Assembly: GCA_036396715.1 (NCBI GenBank) | Contig: DASWKH010000061.1 | Span: 1 to 29,072, forward strand | DNA: 29,072 bases | Source: Candidatus Nitrosotenuis sp. | GTDB lineage: Archaea > Thermoproteota > Nitrososphaeria > Nitrososphaerales > Nitrosopumilaceae | Direction of reading: 5' to 3' | Shown: one piece after another, positions 1 through 8,170 of the stretch | Position numbering within the stretch: the first letter of the stretch is position 1 | How the letters are laid out: each line of letters begins with the position of its first letter | Position numbers and translations under genes: made by a program | Notes under the pieces: generated by a model | Database searches by the model: none | The model's input: only the letters and a program-made list of their open reading frames with translations | What the model was told of the DNA's origin: nothing

Positions 1-1968
1 ACTTTACTTTTTGAAAAACAAGGAAAAGAATATGTCATTAACATGATTGATACTCCAGGCCACATCGACTTTACTGGACGTGTAACGCGTAGTCTCCGCG
101 CAATCGACGGAGCAGTAGTAGTATCTGATTCCGTAGAGGGAATCATGACTCAGACTGAAACCGTAACTAGGCAGGCACTTGAAGAACGGGTAAGGCCAGT
201 TTTATACATCAATAAAATCGACCGCCTCATCAAGGAGCTAAGGCTTACTCCTGATAAAATGCAAGAATGGCTCGCAAATATCATTACTACGTTTAATGGG
301 CTAATCGATACCTACGCAGAACCTGAATACCGTGACAAGTGGAAGGTCTCAATTCAGGATGGAAGTGTCTCGTTTGGCTCTGCTAAGGATAGGTGGGGCT
401 TTAACATTGAAGTGATGAAGGAAAAAGGAATCTCATTTAAGGACATTTATGCTGCATATGCAGAAGGCGGGAGCGTTGATGAACTTGCAAAAAAGGCACC
501 GCTTGCAGAAGCAATTCTTGGAATGGTAGTAAAACATCATCCGCCACCACACGTAGCACAAAAATATAGAATTCCGAAAATATGGAAAGGTGATCTGGAA
601 TCGGATATTGGCAAGGCAATTTTGAATTGTGATGACACCGGTCCGGCAGTAATGATGATTGTAAATATGGCAATGGATCCCGCAGCAGGACCTGTTGCAA
701 TTGGCAGGTTATTTTCTGGGACATTAAAGGACGGCCAGTCGGTTTTTCTAATTGATACAAAACGAGAGGGAAAGATACAGTCTGTGAACTTTTTCATGGG
801 AAATCAGCGAGAGATGGTTGGCGAGCTTGGGGCTGGAAACATTCCAGCACTTTTGGGACTGACTGAGGCGCGGGCTGGGCAGACACTTGCATCTGTTAAA
901 GACGTTTCACTATTCGAAGGAATCCAGTATGTGTCAGAGCCAGTAGTTCAGATTGCAGTGGAGGCAAAACATCCAAAGGACTTGCCAAAGCTTGTAGAAG
1001 CCCTCAGAAGGTTAACTATTGAGGATCCGAATCTTGTAGTAAAAATTAATGAAGAAAGTGGAGAGACTGTCATTGCAGGAATGGGTGTGTTGCACCTTGA
1101 GATTGCAACTGCTTTGATTGCAGATGCCGGCGTTCAAATTGTTACGTCACAACCACTGATTAACTACAGGGAGACGATTCAGGGCGGCTCTGACGTCGTT
1201 ATGTCAAAATCACCAAACAGGCACAATAAGATATTCATGAAGGTGGAGCCACTAGAGCCAGAAATTGCAGACATGATTCGAAGCGGCCAGCTATCAGAGA
1301 TGAAGGACAAAAAAGAAATCGCTACAATTTTGCGCGGAAAAGGTTGGGATGCAGACATTGCAAAATCTGTCATGAAGTTTGACCCAAGAGGAAACGTTTT
1401 TCTTAACGGCACAAAAGGTGTGCAGTTTATCCAAGAGTCGTCTGATTCAATTCTGTCGGGATTTGATGAGGTAATGAAAGAAGGCCCACTTGCAAAAGAA
1501 CAGGTGCGAAACTGCAAGTTTACATTTACTCACTTTGTACCGCACGAGGATTCGGCACATAGGGGTCTCTCACAGCTAAGCCCAGCATCAAGAAGAGCAT
1601 GTCTTGGTGCAATGCTAAAGGCACAACCAATACTGCTAGAACCAATGCTTGGAATAGAGGTTCGTGTCCCGCAGGATTTGATTGGAGACGTTGCATCGGT
1701 TCTTTCCGGAAAACGAGGCAAGGTACTTGATATGCAACAAAAAGGCATTACTAGCATTGTAACTGGTGAGCTTCCGGCATCTGAGACATTTGATCTGTCA
1801 GAGACTATGAGGGGCCAGACTGCAGGAAAGGCAATGTGGAATACTCACTTTAAGGCTTGGACTGCAATTCCAAAATCGATTCAGACAACCCTGATTGCTG
1901 ATATTAGAAAGCGAAAAGGACTGTCACCTGATCCGCCAACTGCAGACGAGTTTCTCGATAGCGAGTAA
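1..1968 (+). CDS. fusA: Archaeal translation elongation factor 2 (aEF-2), 5'-truncated by the window edge
   Basis: Frame 1 is open from nt 1 (TLLFEKQGKEYVIN precedes the track Met at 43). GTPase motifs DTPGH and NKID are present, with EF-2-like sequence throughout. The diphthamide-site motif HEDSAHRG lies near the C-terminus. Stop is at 1966-1968. Confidence 0.95.
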   Translation, partial: TLLFEKQGKEYVINMIDTPGHIDFTGRVTRSLRAIDGAVVVSDSVEGIMTQTETVTRQALEERVRPVLYINKIDRLIKELRLTPDKMQEWLANIITTFNGLIDTYAEPEYRDKWKVSIQDGSVSFGSAKDRWGFNIEVMKEKGISFKDIYAAYAEGGSVDELAKKAPLAEAILGMVVKHHPPPHVAQKYRIPKIWKGDLESDIGKAILNCDDTGPAVMMIVNMAMDPAAGPVAIGRLFSGTLKDGQSVFLIDTKREGKIQSVNFFMGNQREMVGELGAGNIPALLGLTEARAGQTLASVKDVSLFEGIQYVSEPVVQIAVEAKHPKDLPKLVEALRRLTIEDPNLVVKINEESGETVIAGMGVLHLEIATALIADAGVQIVTSQPLINYRETIQGGSDVVMSKSPNRHNKIFMKVEPLEPEIADMIRSGQLSEMKDKKEIATILRGKGWDADIAKSVMKFDPRGNVFLNGTKGVQFIQESSDSILSGFDEVMKEGPLAKEQVRNCKFTFTHFVPHEDSAHRGLSQLSPASRRACLGAMLKAQPILLEPMLGIEVRVPQDLIGDVASVLSGKRGKVLDMQQKGITSIVTGELPASETFDLSETMRGQTAGKAMWNTHFKAWTAIPKSIQTTLIADIRKRKGLSPDPPTADEFLDSE

Positions 1969-1998
1969 AAATAACGCCAATCATATTTGTACTCTAGA

Positions 1999-2097
1999 TT
2001 ATTTTCTAAACATAATCCAAATCCTTGAACCAACAAAAATTCCAACGGCTGCAACAATCAATATCGGAATCAGATACTGACCAAGTTCATTTTCCAC
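1999..2097 (-). CDS. Candidate 32-aa single-TM small protein (GTG start): (M)ENELGQYLIPILIVAAVGIFVGSRIWIMFRK
   Basis: Hand-translated minus-strand ORF, below the track cutoff. It has a hydrophobic core followed by a basic tail. A T/A-rich box (atttttatga on the minus strand) lies about 20 nt upstream of the GTG. No homology evidence is available. Confidence 0.2.
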   Translation of the reverse strand: MENELGQYLIPILIVAAVGIFVGSRIWIMFRK

Positions 2098-2233
2098 AAC
2101 ATATGTTAAAACCTAAATCATAAAAATGGTTTTTATTATGCTGTTACTAAAGCGCAAAATTAGGCTAGAAGAAGGTTCTATTCCTGAAATTAACCAAAAC
2201 TGATTTTACCCAATTCGCTAATAATTTAATCCT

Positions 2234-2243
2234 AGTATTTATC
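2234..2243 (+). promoter_or_regulatory. TATA-like box (agtatttatc) about 25 nt upstream of the GTG start at 2268
   Basis: AT-rich TATA-like element at the spacing seen for many other genes in this window, consistent with archaeal leaderless transcription. Confidence 0.3.
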
Positions 2244-2267
2244 TGTCTGTTTTGACGATTTTTATTC

Positions 2268-5200
2268 GTGAAACGCCTAACATTATTGCTACTTTCCTCA
2301 ATTCTCATATTAATTTCTGTAAATGATCAAGCAAATGCTGCAAGTGTTCCAGACCCGCCAACAAATCTTACAGCAACCGCAGTCTCACCAACCCAAATCA
2401 ACCTCTTTTGGTCAGCACCATCATACAATGGTGATTCTGCCATCACAGGCTACAAAATAGAATACAAAATCGGATCCGGCGCTTACACTACCTTGGTAGC
2501 AAATACTGCTAACACCTCTACTACATATTCTCACGTCGGACTTACAACAGACCAGTCATACTCTTATAGAATATCTGCAATTAATGCAATTGGAACAAGC
2601 ACATCTTCTACTGAGGCTTCTGCCACACCAACATCATCATCTTCTGGAACCTTACCTGGCTCTCCAACAAATCTTTCTGCAATACCTGTCTCACCAACCC
2701 AAATCAACCTCTTTTGGTCAGCACCATCAAACAACGGTGGATATCCAATTACGGGCTACAAAATAGAATACCGAGTCGGCTCTGGCTCTTATTCTACTCT
2801 GGTGTCAGACACTGGCAGTACATCTACAACTTTTTCACATACGGGACTGACAACAAACCAAGCTTACCTTTATCGTGTATACACGATTACCTCATTTGGG
2901 ACAAGTGAGGATCCGTCTCCAGAAGCATTTGCACAACCAAAGTCAACATCGACACTAAATACACCGAGTGCTCCAACAAATCTTACAGCAACCGCAGTCT
3001 CACCAACACAAATCAGCTTGTCTTGGACTGTTCCCTCAAACAACGGAGGCGCAGTAATTACAGGATACAAAATCGAAGTCAAATCTGGCTCTGGCTCTTA
3101 CACTACTTTGGTCTCAAACACACAAAGCACAATAACTACGTATTCCCATACTGGACTTACTACTGGAACCACTTACACATACAAGGTTTCCGCAATAAAC
3201 TCAGCTGGTGCTGGCACAGCATCAAATGAATCATCTGCAACTCCAACATCATCCTCATCATCTGGTGTCCCAGGAGCTCCCACAAATCTTAGCGCCATGG
3301 CAGTATCTGGAACTCAAATCAACCTGTCATGGAATGCCCCATCAAACAACGGAGGATATCCAATTACGGGCTACAAAATAGAATACAGGATCGGCTCTGG
3401 CTCTTACACTACTTTGGTCTCAAACACACAAAGCACAACAACTACATATTCACACACAGGTCTGACCTCTGGCCAGCTCTATGTTTATCGCGTCTCTGCA
3501 ATCAACTCTGCTGGCACTGGCAGTCCATCATCAGAATCATCTGCCACACCAACATCATCCTCATCAGCTAGTACTCCGGGCACGCCAACTGGCTTTACAG
3601 CAACAACAGCTTCGCCAACCCAAATCAACCTGTCCTGGAACGCCCCATCAAGCAACGGAGGCTCTGCCATTACGGGATACAAAATCGAGGTAAACAGTGG
3701 CTCTGGCTCTTACACTACTTTGGTCTCAAACACACAAAGCACAACAACATCGTTTTCACATACTGGATTGACAACGGGCACTACATACTATTACCGTGTT
3801 TCAGCGATTAATGCAATTGGAACTGGTGCTTCAACTGAGGCTTCTGCAACACCACAAGAAACAACGACTCCAACACTTACTGCCATGGCTGTCTCACCAA
3901 CATCGATTACTTTGTCATGGGCGCCGCCATCACAAACATACAAGCAAGCAATAACTGGATACAAAATACAGGAAAAAATAGCTACAGATACTTTTGTTAC
4001 TATAGAAGAAAGAACCATCTCGACTGCGACCACTTACTCGATTACTGGTTTGACAACTGGGAACACATACACATACGTAGTTTCAGCCCATTTTAGCTTG
4101 GGCGCAAGTCCAAACTCAAACGAAGCATCTGCAACACCTACAACAACTTCGGCACCACCACCTTCTCAGCCAACAACAAACCCTCCTAGTGCACCAACAA
4201 ACCTTTCCACAACCCCAACTTCGCCCACACAAATCAACCTGTCCTGGAATGCCCCATCAAATAGTGGTGGCTCTCCTATAACCGGATACAAAATCGAGGT
4301 AAGGAGCGGCACTGGCTCTTATACAACATTGACTAGCACACAAAATTCAACTACCAAATACTCCCACACGGGTCTTACGACTGGAACGACCTATTCGTAC
4401 AGAGTCTCCGCAATAAATTCTGTTGGCGTAGGTTCACCATCGTCTGAATCATCTGCCACACCAACTACCACTTCGGTATCGCCACCTTCCCAAACAGCCA
4501 CACCTAGTCCGCCCACACTTGCCGCAACCCTGATTTCTCCAACACAAATCAATTTATCGTGGACCGCAAACACTGGAGACTCTGCCATAACTAGTTACAA
4601 AATAGAATACAAAATTGGTTCCGACCAGTATCGTACTTTAACCAGCAAAGCAACTACTATCACATACTCACATGCTGGATTGTTGGCAAACACATATTCT
4701 TACAGAGTTTATGCAATCAATTCTGCAGGAACGAGTTCTCCATCAAATGAGGTATCTATCAAAACATCAGAACAAACATTGCCACCACTAGAACCGGAGG
4801 AAACAATGTGCGGCCCCGGAACTGTTCTTAACGAGCAAGGAGTTTGTGTTTTACAAGAGTCTGAACCTGAGCCGGAGCAATCAGAACCAAAGGAGACTCA
4901 CATTCCAGGCTTTCCAGATCCCGACAAGGATCCACAATACTATATCAACAGATACAATACAGAATCTACATACAAAGAATGGTTTGACAGAAACTTTCCA
5001 GATCAGACAATCTATGAGGTGGTGGGGGTGCCAGAGCCAGAGCCGCAAGAGAAAAAATGTGGCACAGGTACACATTTGGAAAATGGAATGTGCGTTTTAG
5101 ATGAAACGCAAAATCAATTCCCACTAAGTGGCTGTCTTATTGCTACTGCCACATATGGAACAGAGCTTGCCCCGCAGGTACAGCAACTCAGGGAGATACG

Positions 5201-5513
5201 TGAGCACACCTTACTTTCAAGAAGTTCAGGAACTGCGTTTTTGGGCATGTTCAACTATGTGTATTATTCATTCTCGCCTACGATTGCGGACTGGGAACGA
5301 CAAAATCCAGCCTTCAAAGAGATAATCAAGGTATCAATCACGCCTATGCTTTCGACTTTATCGCTTCTAAACAATGCCAAAATTGATTCAGAGCAAAGTC
5401 TTCTAGGCTATGGGTTGGGAGTAATTCTGCTCAATGTTGGCATGTATTTTGGCATCCCAGCATTGCTTATTTTGTTCATCAGAAATAAAACAAAAACAAA
5501 ATGCAAACCATAA
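2268..5513 (+). CDS. Large secreted surface protein: signal peptide, 8 fibronectin type III repeats, Cys-motif linker, C-terminal CLIATA-type anchor module
   Basis: 1081-aa ORF with a GTG start. The N-terminal signal peptide is MKRLTLLLLSSILILISVNDQANA|A. There are eight ~100-aa units with the FN3 signature (PxxPTNL..SPTQI.LSW..P..NGG..ITGYKIE...G.Y..L.....T.Y.H.GL..G..Y.YRV.A.N..G.G..S). Ser/Thr-rich inter-repeat linkers are present, and the C-terminal hydrophobic helix is followed by a basic tail. Confidence 0.9.
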   Translation: MKRLTLLLLSSILILISVNDQANAASVPDPPTNLTATAVSPTQINLFWSAPSYNGDSAITGYKIEYKIGSGAYTTLVANTANTSTTYSHVGLTTDQSYSYRISAINAIGTSTSSTEASATPTSSSSGTLPGSPTNLSAIPVSPTQINLFWSAPSNNGGYPITGYKIEYRVGSGSYSTLVSDTGSTSTTFSHTGLTTNQAYLYRVYTITSFGTSEDPSPEAFAQPKSTSTLNTPSAPTNLTATAVSPTQISLSWTVPSNNGGAVITGYKIEVKSGSGSYTTLVSNTQSTITTYSHTGLTTGTTYTYKVSAINSAGAGTASNESSATPTSSSSSGVPGAPTNLSAMAVSGTQINLSWNAPSNNGGYPITGYKIEYRIGSGSYTTLVSNTQSTTTTYSHTGLTSGQLYVYRVSAINSAGTGSPSSESSATPTSSSSASTPGTPTGFTATTASPTQINLSWNAPSSNGGSAITGYKIEVNSGSGSYTTLVSNTQSTTTSFSHTGLTTGTTYYYRVSAINAIGTGASTEASATPQETTTPTLTAMAVSPTSITLSWAPPSQTYKQAITGYKIQEKIATDTFVTIEERTISTATTYSITGLTTGNTYTYVVSAHFSLGASPNSNEASATPTTTSAPPPSQPTTNPPSAPTNLSTTPTSPTQINLSWNAPSNSGGSPITGYKIEVRSGTGSYTTLTSTQNSTTKYSHTGLTTGTTYSYRVSAINSVGVGSPSSESSATPTTTSVSPPSQTATPSPPTLAATLISPTQINLSWTANTGDSAITSYKIEYKIGSDQYRTLTSKATTITYSHAGLLANTYSYRVYAINSAGTSSPSNEVSIKTSEQTLPPLEPEETMCGPGTVLNEQGVCVLQESEPEPEQSEPKETHIPGFPDPDKDPQYYINRYNTESTYKEWFDRNFPDQTIYEVVGVPEPEPQEKKCGTGTHLENGMCVLDETQNQFPLSGCLIATATYGTELAPQVQQLREIREHTLLSRSSGTAFLGMFNYVYYSFSPTIADWERQNPAFKEIIKVSITPMLSTLSLLNNAKIDSEQSLLGYGLGVILLNVGMYFGIPALLILFIRNKTKTKCKP
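2349..4766 (+). repeat. Tandem coding repeats: eight FN3 units, 306-bp register for several neighbours
   Basis: Exact DNA repeats are visible. A 42-mer (gtctcaccaacccaaatcaacctcttttggtcagcaccatca) occurs at 2382-2423 and 2688-2729. A 46-mer (ggctctggctcttacactactttggtctcaaacacacaaagcacaa) occurs at 3087-3132, 3393-3438 and 3699-3744. Offsets are 306 bp. Confidence 0.9.
5130..5513 (+). other. C-terminal GCLIATATYG...TM anchor module, copy 1 (aa 955-1081 of the FN3 protein)
   Basis: By hand alignment, about 70 of about 113 positions are identical to the C-terminus of the PstS-like protein at 19778-20149. It ends in the hydrophobic helix LGYGLGVILLNVGMYFGIPALLILFI and the basic tail RNKTKTKCKP. 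Confidence 0.8.
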
Positions 5514-5551
5514 ACATACCATAGAAAAGATCATAAATTATAATCACACTA

Positions 5552-5977
5552 ATGATCTCTGTGAAAGTAGTTGGGTTGATTCTTGGAATCTTTCTTGTCT
5601 GGCCATTGCTTACTGGCAGTTTTTTTGCAGAAGCGAAAATCGATGAACCCATGGCAATAACCAGTATGAAAAAGGACATAAAGGAAATTAAAAAACCAAG
5701 TCAAGACAAGTCAGTAAAAATAACCAGCATAACAAAATTCCGGATGCTTGCAATCTTGTATGTAGTTGGAGTTGAGGTTTGTGCGGGAAAAGATAAGCTT
5801 TACTCGCCTGAGCTAAACTTGATCTCAGACAGGGATTCCATAACTGTCAAAGTTGCAGGGCTAATAATGCCCAAAGCCTGCAAAACTGCCGAATTTTTCA
5901 TACGTGCCAATAATCCAAATTCTATCACTGTTAACTTTGCAAATACGGATTATCATTATCCTAAAAGATCGCCGTAA
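5552..5977 (+). CDS. Hypothetical small secreted/membrane-anchored protein (141 aa)
   Basis: ATG-initiated ORF 39 nt after the FN3 gene. N-terminal hydrophobic signal/anchor MISVKVVGLILGIFLVWPLLTGSFFAEA. I recognise no family. Confidence 0.55.
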   Translation: MISVKVVGLILGIFLVWPLLTGSFFAEAKIDEPMAITSMKKDIKEIKKPSQDKSVKITSITKFRMLAILYVVGVEVCAGKDKLYSPELNLISDRDSITVKVAGLIMPKACKTAEFFIRANNPNSITVNFANTDYHYPKRSP

Positions 5978-6423
5978 TGATTACAAATTATTAAAAAACA
6001 CGAGATGCGAAAAAAAGAGTCAGACCTTCTATGAGGTCACTTTGATTTCTTTTTAGCTTTTGACTTCGAAGATTTCTTTGCACTTTTTTTTGCCATACCA
6101 TTAAGTTTTCTGCATGCTATTAAGGATATGCATTGATAATTTTTTTTCCGTAAAATTATTTTTGATATTTTATGTTACCTATGATGTCCGGAGATCTCAG
6201 TAAAATCAGAAAAAGCAGTAGAGCTATCAAACCTTCTACAAAAGATCGGGCCTTACACGATTTTTTTTAACTCTGTATTGGTGCAAGTGAAATGATGAGA
6301 GCATCTTTTGGTTGGATATTCCGGTTTGGAACGAAAAAATTCGGTAAAATTCCAAAGATCCTATATTGTTTTAGGTTTTGTGTTAAGTAGTGACAGGGAA
6401 TCATCACATTATAAATTGGGTAA

Positions 6424-7377
6424 ATGGTTGGGTGGGGTTGCTTGGGCTTTAAAGTCGCTACGAATTTTGTAGTTTTTGCCTCTGTCTTGGTTTTGCTTAG
6501 TCTGGGCTCTTTTGCATCGTACGCCGAAGCTCAAACCTTTGAGATGTACGTCCAAAAGATGCCACCACACTGGGAAAAACAGTTTGGCGATGTCCTAACA
6601 AAGGCAACACAATACTGGGAGGAGAGAATACCCGGCCTGAAATTCGGCGTAGTCAAATTTGTGGATCAGGCCGACTTTGTAGTGGAGTGGGCAAGCCAGT
6701 ATGGGGAAGGAAAGATTGGGTATTACTCTACCAATACGGCAAACGAGTATGGTAAACCAAAGCTTGCAATCTCACTTGGATTTTTCAAAGACAAAAAATG
6801 GAATCTAGTATCTACTGATTATGCATTGGAAATAACAAAACATGAGCTTGGTCATGCAATAGGCCTTCCACACAGTGACGACCCAAACGACATGATGTAT
6901 CCAATAATTGAAAGTTATGAATCATGGCAGCAATCACACGCGGAAAAACCTAAAGCAACATCAAAAACCCCAGAACAAAATCTTCAAGCTTCAACTAAGT
7001 CGACAATTGACTGGCAAAACAAATCACAGAAATACCAAAAACTTGCAAGCGACAAAATTTTCAATCTGGAAACAAAAATCGACACAGCAAAATCATTGCT
7101 TGACTCTACGAACTATGAAAACATGGCAGCCAAAGTAGAGATCGAAAAGGCTTGGACTGCATTTTGGTGGGCCAAAAAATACTATGCCAACGCAGAAAAG
7201 ATGCAGACCGACGGAGGCGCATTCCTCTTACAATCCGAGTACCAAGACTCGTATAAAAAATTCAAATCCTCATACGATTATGCAAAAAAACTGGAAAAGA
7301 AGCTAGCTGATGTAACAAAATACCATAAAAAAGCCTATGGGTTAGAATATGGTAAAAACATTGTCATAGAATCGTAA
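6424..7377 (+). CDS. Secreted zinc metalloprotease, metzincin (matrixin/M10-like) with a Lys-rich helical C-terminal half
   Basis: The extended zinc motif HELGHAIGLPH (nt 6841-6873) is followed by a Met-turn, NDMMYP. An N-terminal signal peptide is present (..FVVFASVLVLLSLGSFASYAEAQ). The true start may be TTG 6442, 24 nt downstream of the TATA-like cattataaattg, rather than ATG 6424. Confidence 0.8.
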   Translation: MVGWGCLGFKVATNFVVFASVLVLLSLGSFASYAEAQTFEMYVQKMPPHWEKQFGDVLTKATQYWEERIPGLKFGVVKFVDQADFVVEWASQYGEGKIGYYSTNTANEYGKPKLAISLGFFKDKKWNLVSTDYALEITKHELGHAIGLPHSDDPNDMMYPIIESYESWQQSHAEKPKATSKTPEQNLQASTKSTIDWQNKSQKYQKLASDKIFNLETKIDTAKSLLDSTNYENMAAKVEIEKAWTAFWWAKKYYANAEKMQTDGGAFLLQSEYQDSYKKFKSSYDYAKKLEKKLADVTKYHKKAYGLEYGKNIVIES

Positions 7378-7385
7378 ATTCCGAA

Positions 7386-7544
7386 ATGAAAAAGGCAGAA
7401 CTTCGTAAGATGGTCGAAGAATATGGAATTCTAAAGTCAAAATCAGACAGTGATGATCAGGTCAATCCCAAAATATTAAAAAAGATTAAGGAAATTGAGC
7501 GCAGGTATTTCCATGAAACTGGACAAGATCTATCTTTATCATAA
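7386..7544 (+). CDS. Candidate 52-aa hydrophilic small protein: MKKAELRKMVEEYGILKSKSDSDDQVNPKILKKIKEIERRYFHETGQDLSLS
   Basis: Hand-translated ATG ORF, below the track cutoff, starting 9 nt after the metalloprotease stop. It fills an otherwise empty 206-nt gap and has charged, helical-looking composition. No homology evidence is available. Confidence 0.35.
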   Translation: MKKAELRKMVEEYGILKSKSDSDDQVNPKILKKIKEIERRYFHETGQDLSLS

Positions 7545-7583
7545 TGTGTCTGGCATCAAGGTTTTTTAGGCAAGCGCCTTTGT

Positions 7584-8117
7584 GTGGGGTGCTTGCTAAC
7601 AAGAAAATCGATTAGTGTAATTATTGGGGGTAGCGTAGCAGCGGCAATCCTGTTGGTGGTTGTGGCCTCTGGGCAACTAGGTATGCAAGAGATCGCCTCA
7701 ACTCAATTAATTGAAGAACAAAACGTTTCCGTCATAGAAAAACAAACACAAGAACAAATGCAGGTATACCGGATCAATACAGAGTGTGAGCTGATTTACG
7801 GCCTTGCATCGGGAAGCTATCCAAACGGGGAAAAATTACCAGCTCTAAAGATTTTGGATCTTGTAGATAAATATCCGGAGTTTGGTCCATGGGAAACAAT
7901 TCTCAGAGACAATCAAACCAGAGCGGAGTTTTTCAAACAATCACTGCCAGAAGACTTTGGCGATGTGCTGGTAAATGCGGTAATGTCTGAATCCTCAATC
8001 AACCCGGAGCTAGACGAAATTGCATCTTTAGTGGCAGATCCACAGGGACGCGCAAAACTACAGCAGGCATTCCAAGAGTTCAACTGCAAGGCTTATTTTG
8101 ATGAAAGAGCAAACTAG
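7584..8117 (+). CDS. Hypothetical membrane-anchored protein (177 aa)
   Basis: GTG-initiated ORF (alternative TTG at 7593). N-terminal hydrophobic anchor SVIIGGSVAAAILLVVVASG followed by a hydrophilic domain. No recognised family. Confidence 0.5.
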   Translation: MGCLLTRKSISVIIGGSVAAAILLVVVASGQLGMQEIASTQLIEEQNVSVIEKQTQEQMQVYRINTECELIYGLASGSYPNGEKLPALKILDLVDKYPEFGPWETILRDNQTRAEFFKQSLPEDFGDVLVNAVMSESSINPELDEIASLVADPQGRAKLQQAFQEFNCKAYFDERAN

Positions 8118-8170
8118 TCCTGAAAATCATCACAACTTTCAAAAACCCAAATTAAATCAGCAACCAGTAA

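Noticed and set aside
437-1757. Minus-strand ORFs inside the EF-2 gene (437..760, 537..797, 1179..1517, 1530..1757) and the plus ORF 1895..2080 spanning the EF-2 stop.
   Set aside because: They are antisense or out of frame relative to a highly conserved gene, have no motifs, and show low-complexity composition.
2584-4588. Numerous 60-80-aa ORFs in alternative frames and on the minus strand inside the FN3 gene, for example 2584..2766, 2714..2908, 2870..3082(-), 3023..3229, 3329..3571, 3485..3682(-), 3791..4033(-) and 4391..4588(-).
   Set aside because: They recur once per repeat unit because the repetitive, stop-poor Ser/Thr/Gly-rich coding sequence is periodically open in other frames. The 1081-aa frame has a clear domain signature and explains the region.
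2349-4766. Regularly spaced exact repeats that might suggest a CRISPR array or satellite.
   Set aside because: The period is 306 bp, the repeats are in frame within a long ORF, and they encode FN3 domains. There is no short-repeat/spacer architecture anywhere in the window.
5434-5679. ORFs 5434..5646(+) and 5479..5679(-) spanning the FN3-gene stop and the start of the next gene.
   Set aside because: They overlap two better-supported genes and have no independent signals.
6037-6096. Minus-strand 19-codon Lys-rich ORF (MAKKSAKKSSKSKAKKKSK).
   Set aside because: It is the reverse complement of the T-rich tracts that most likely act as oligo-T terminators for the upstream plus-strand genes. The lysine richness is a by-product of A-runs.
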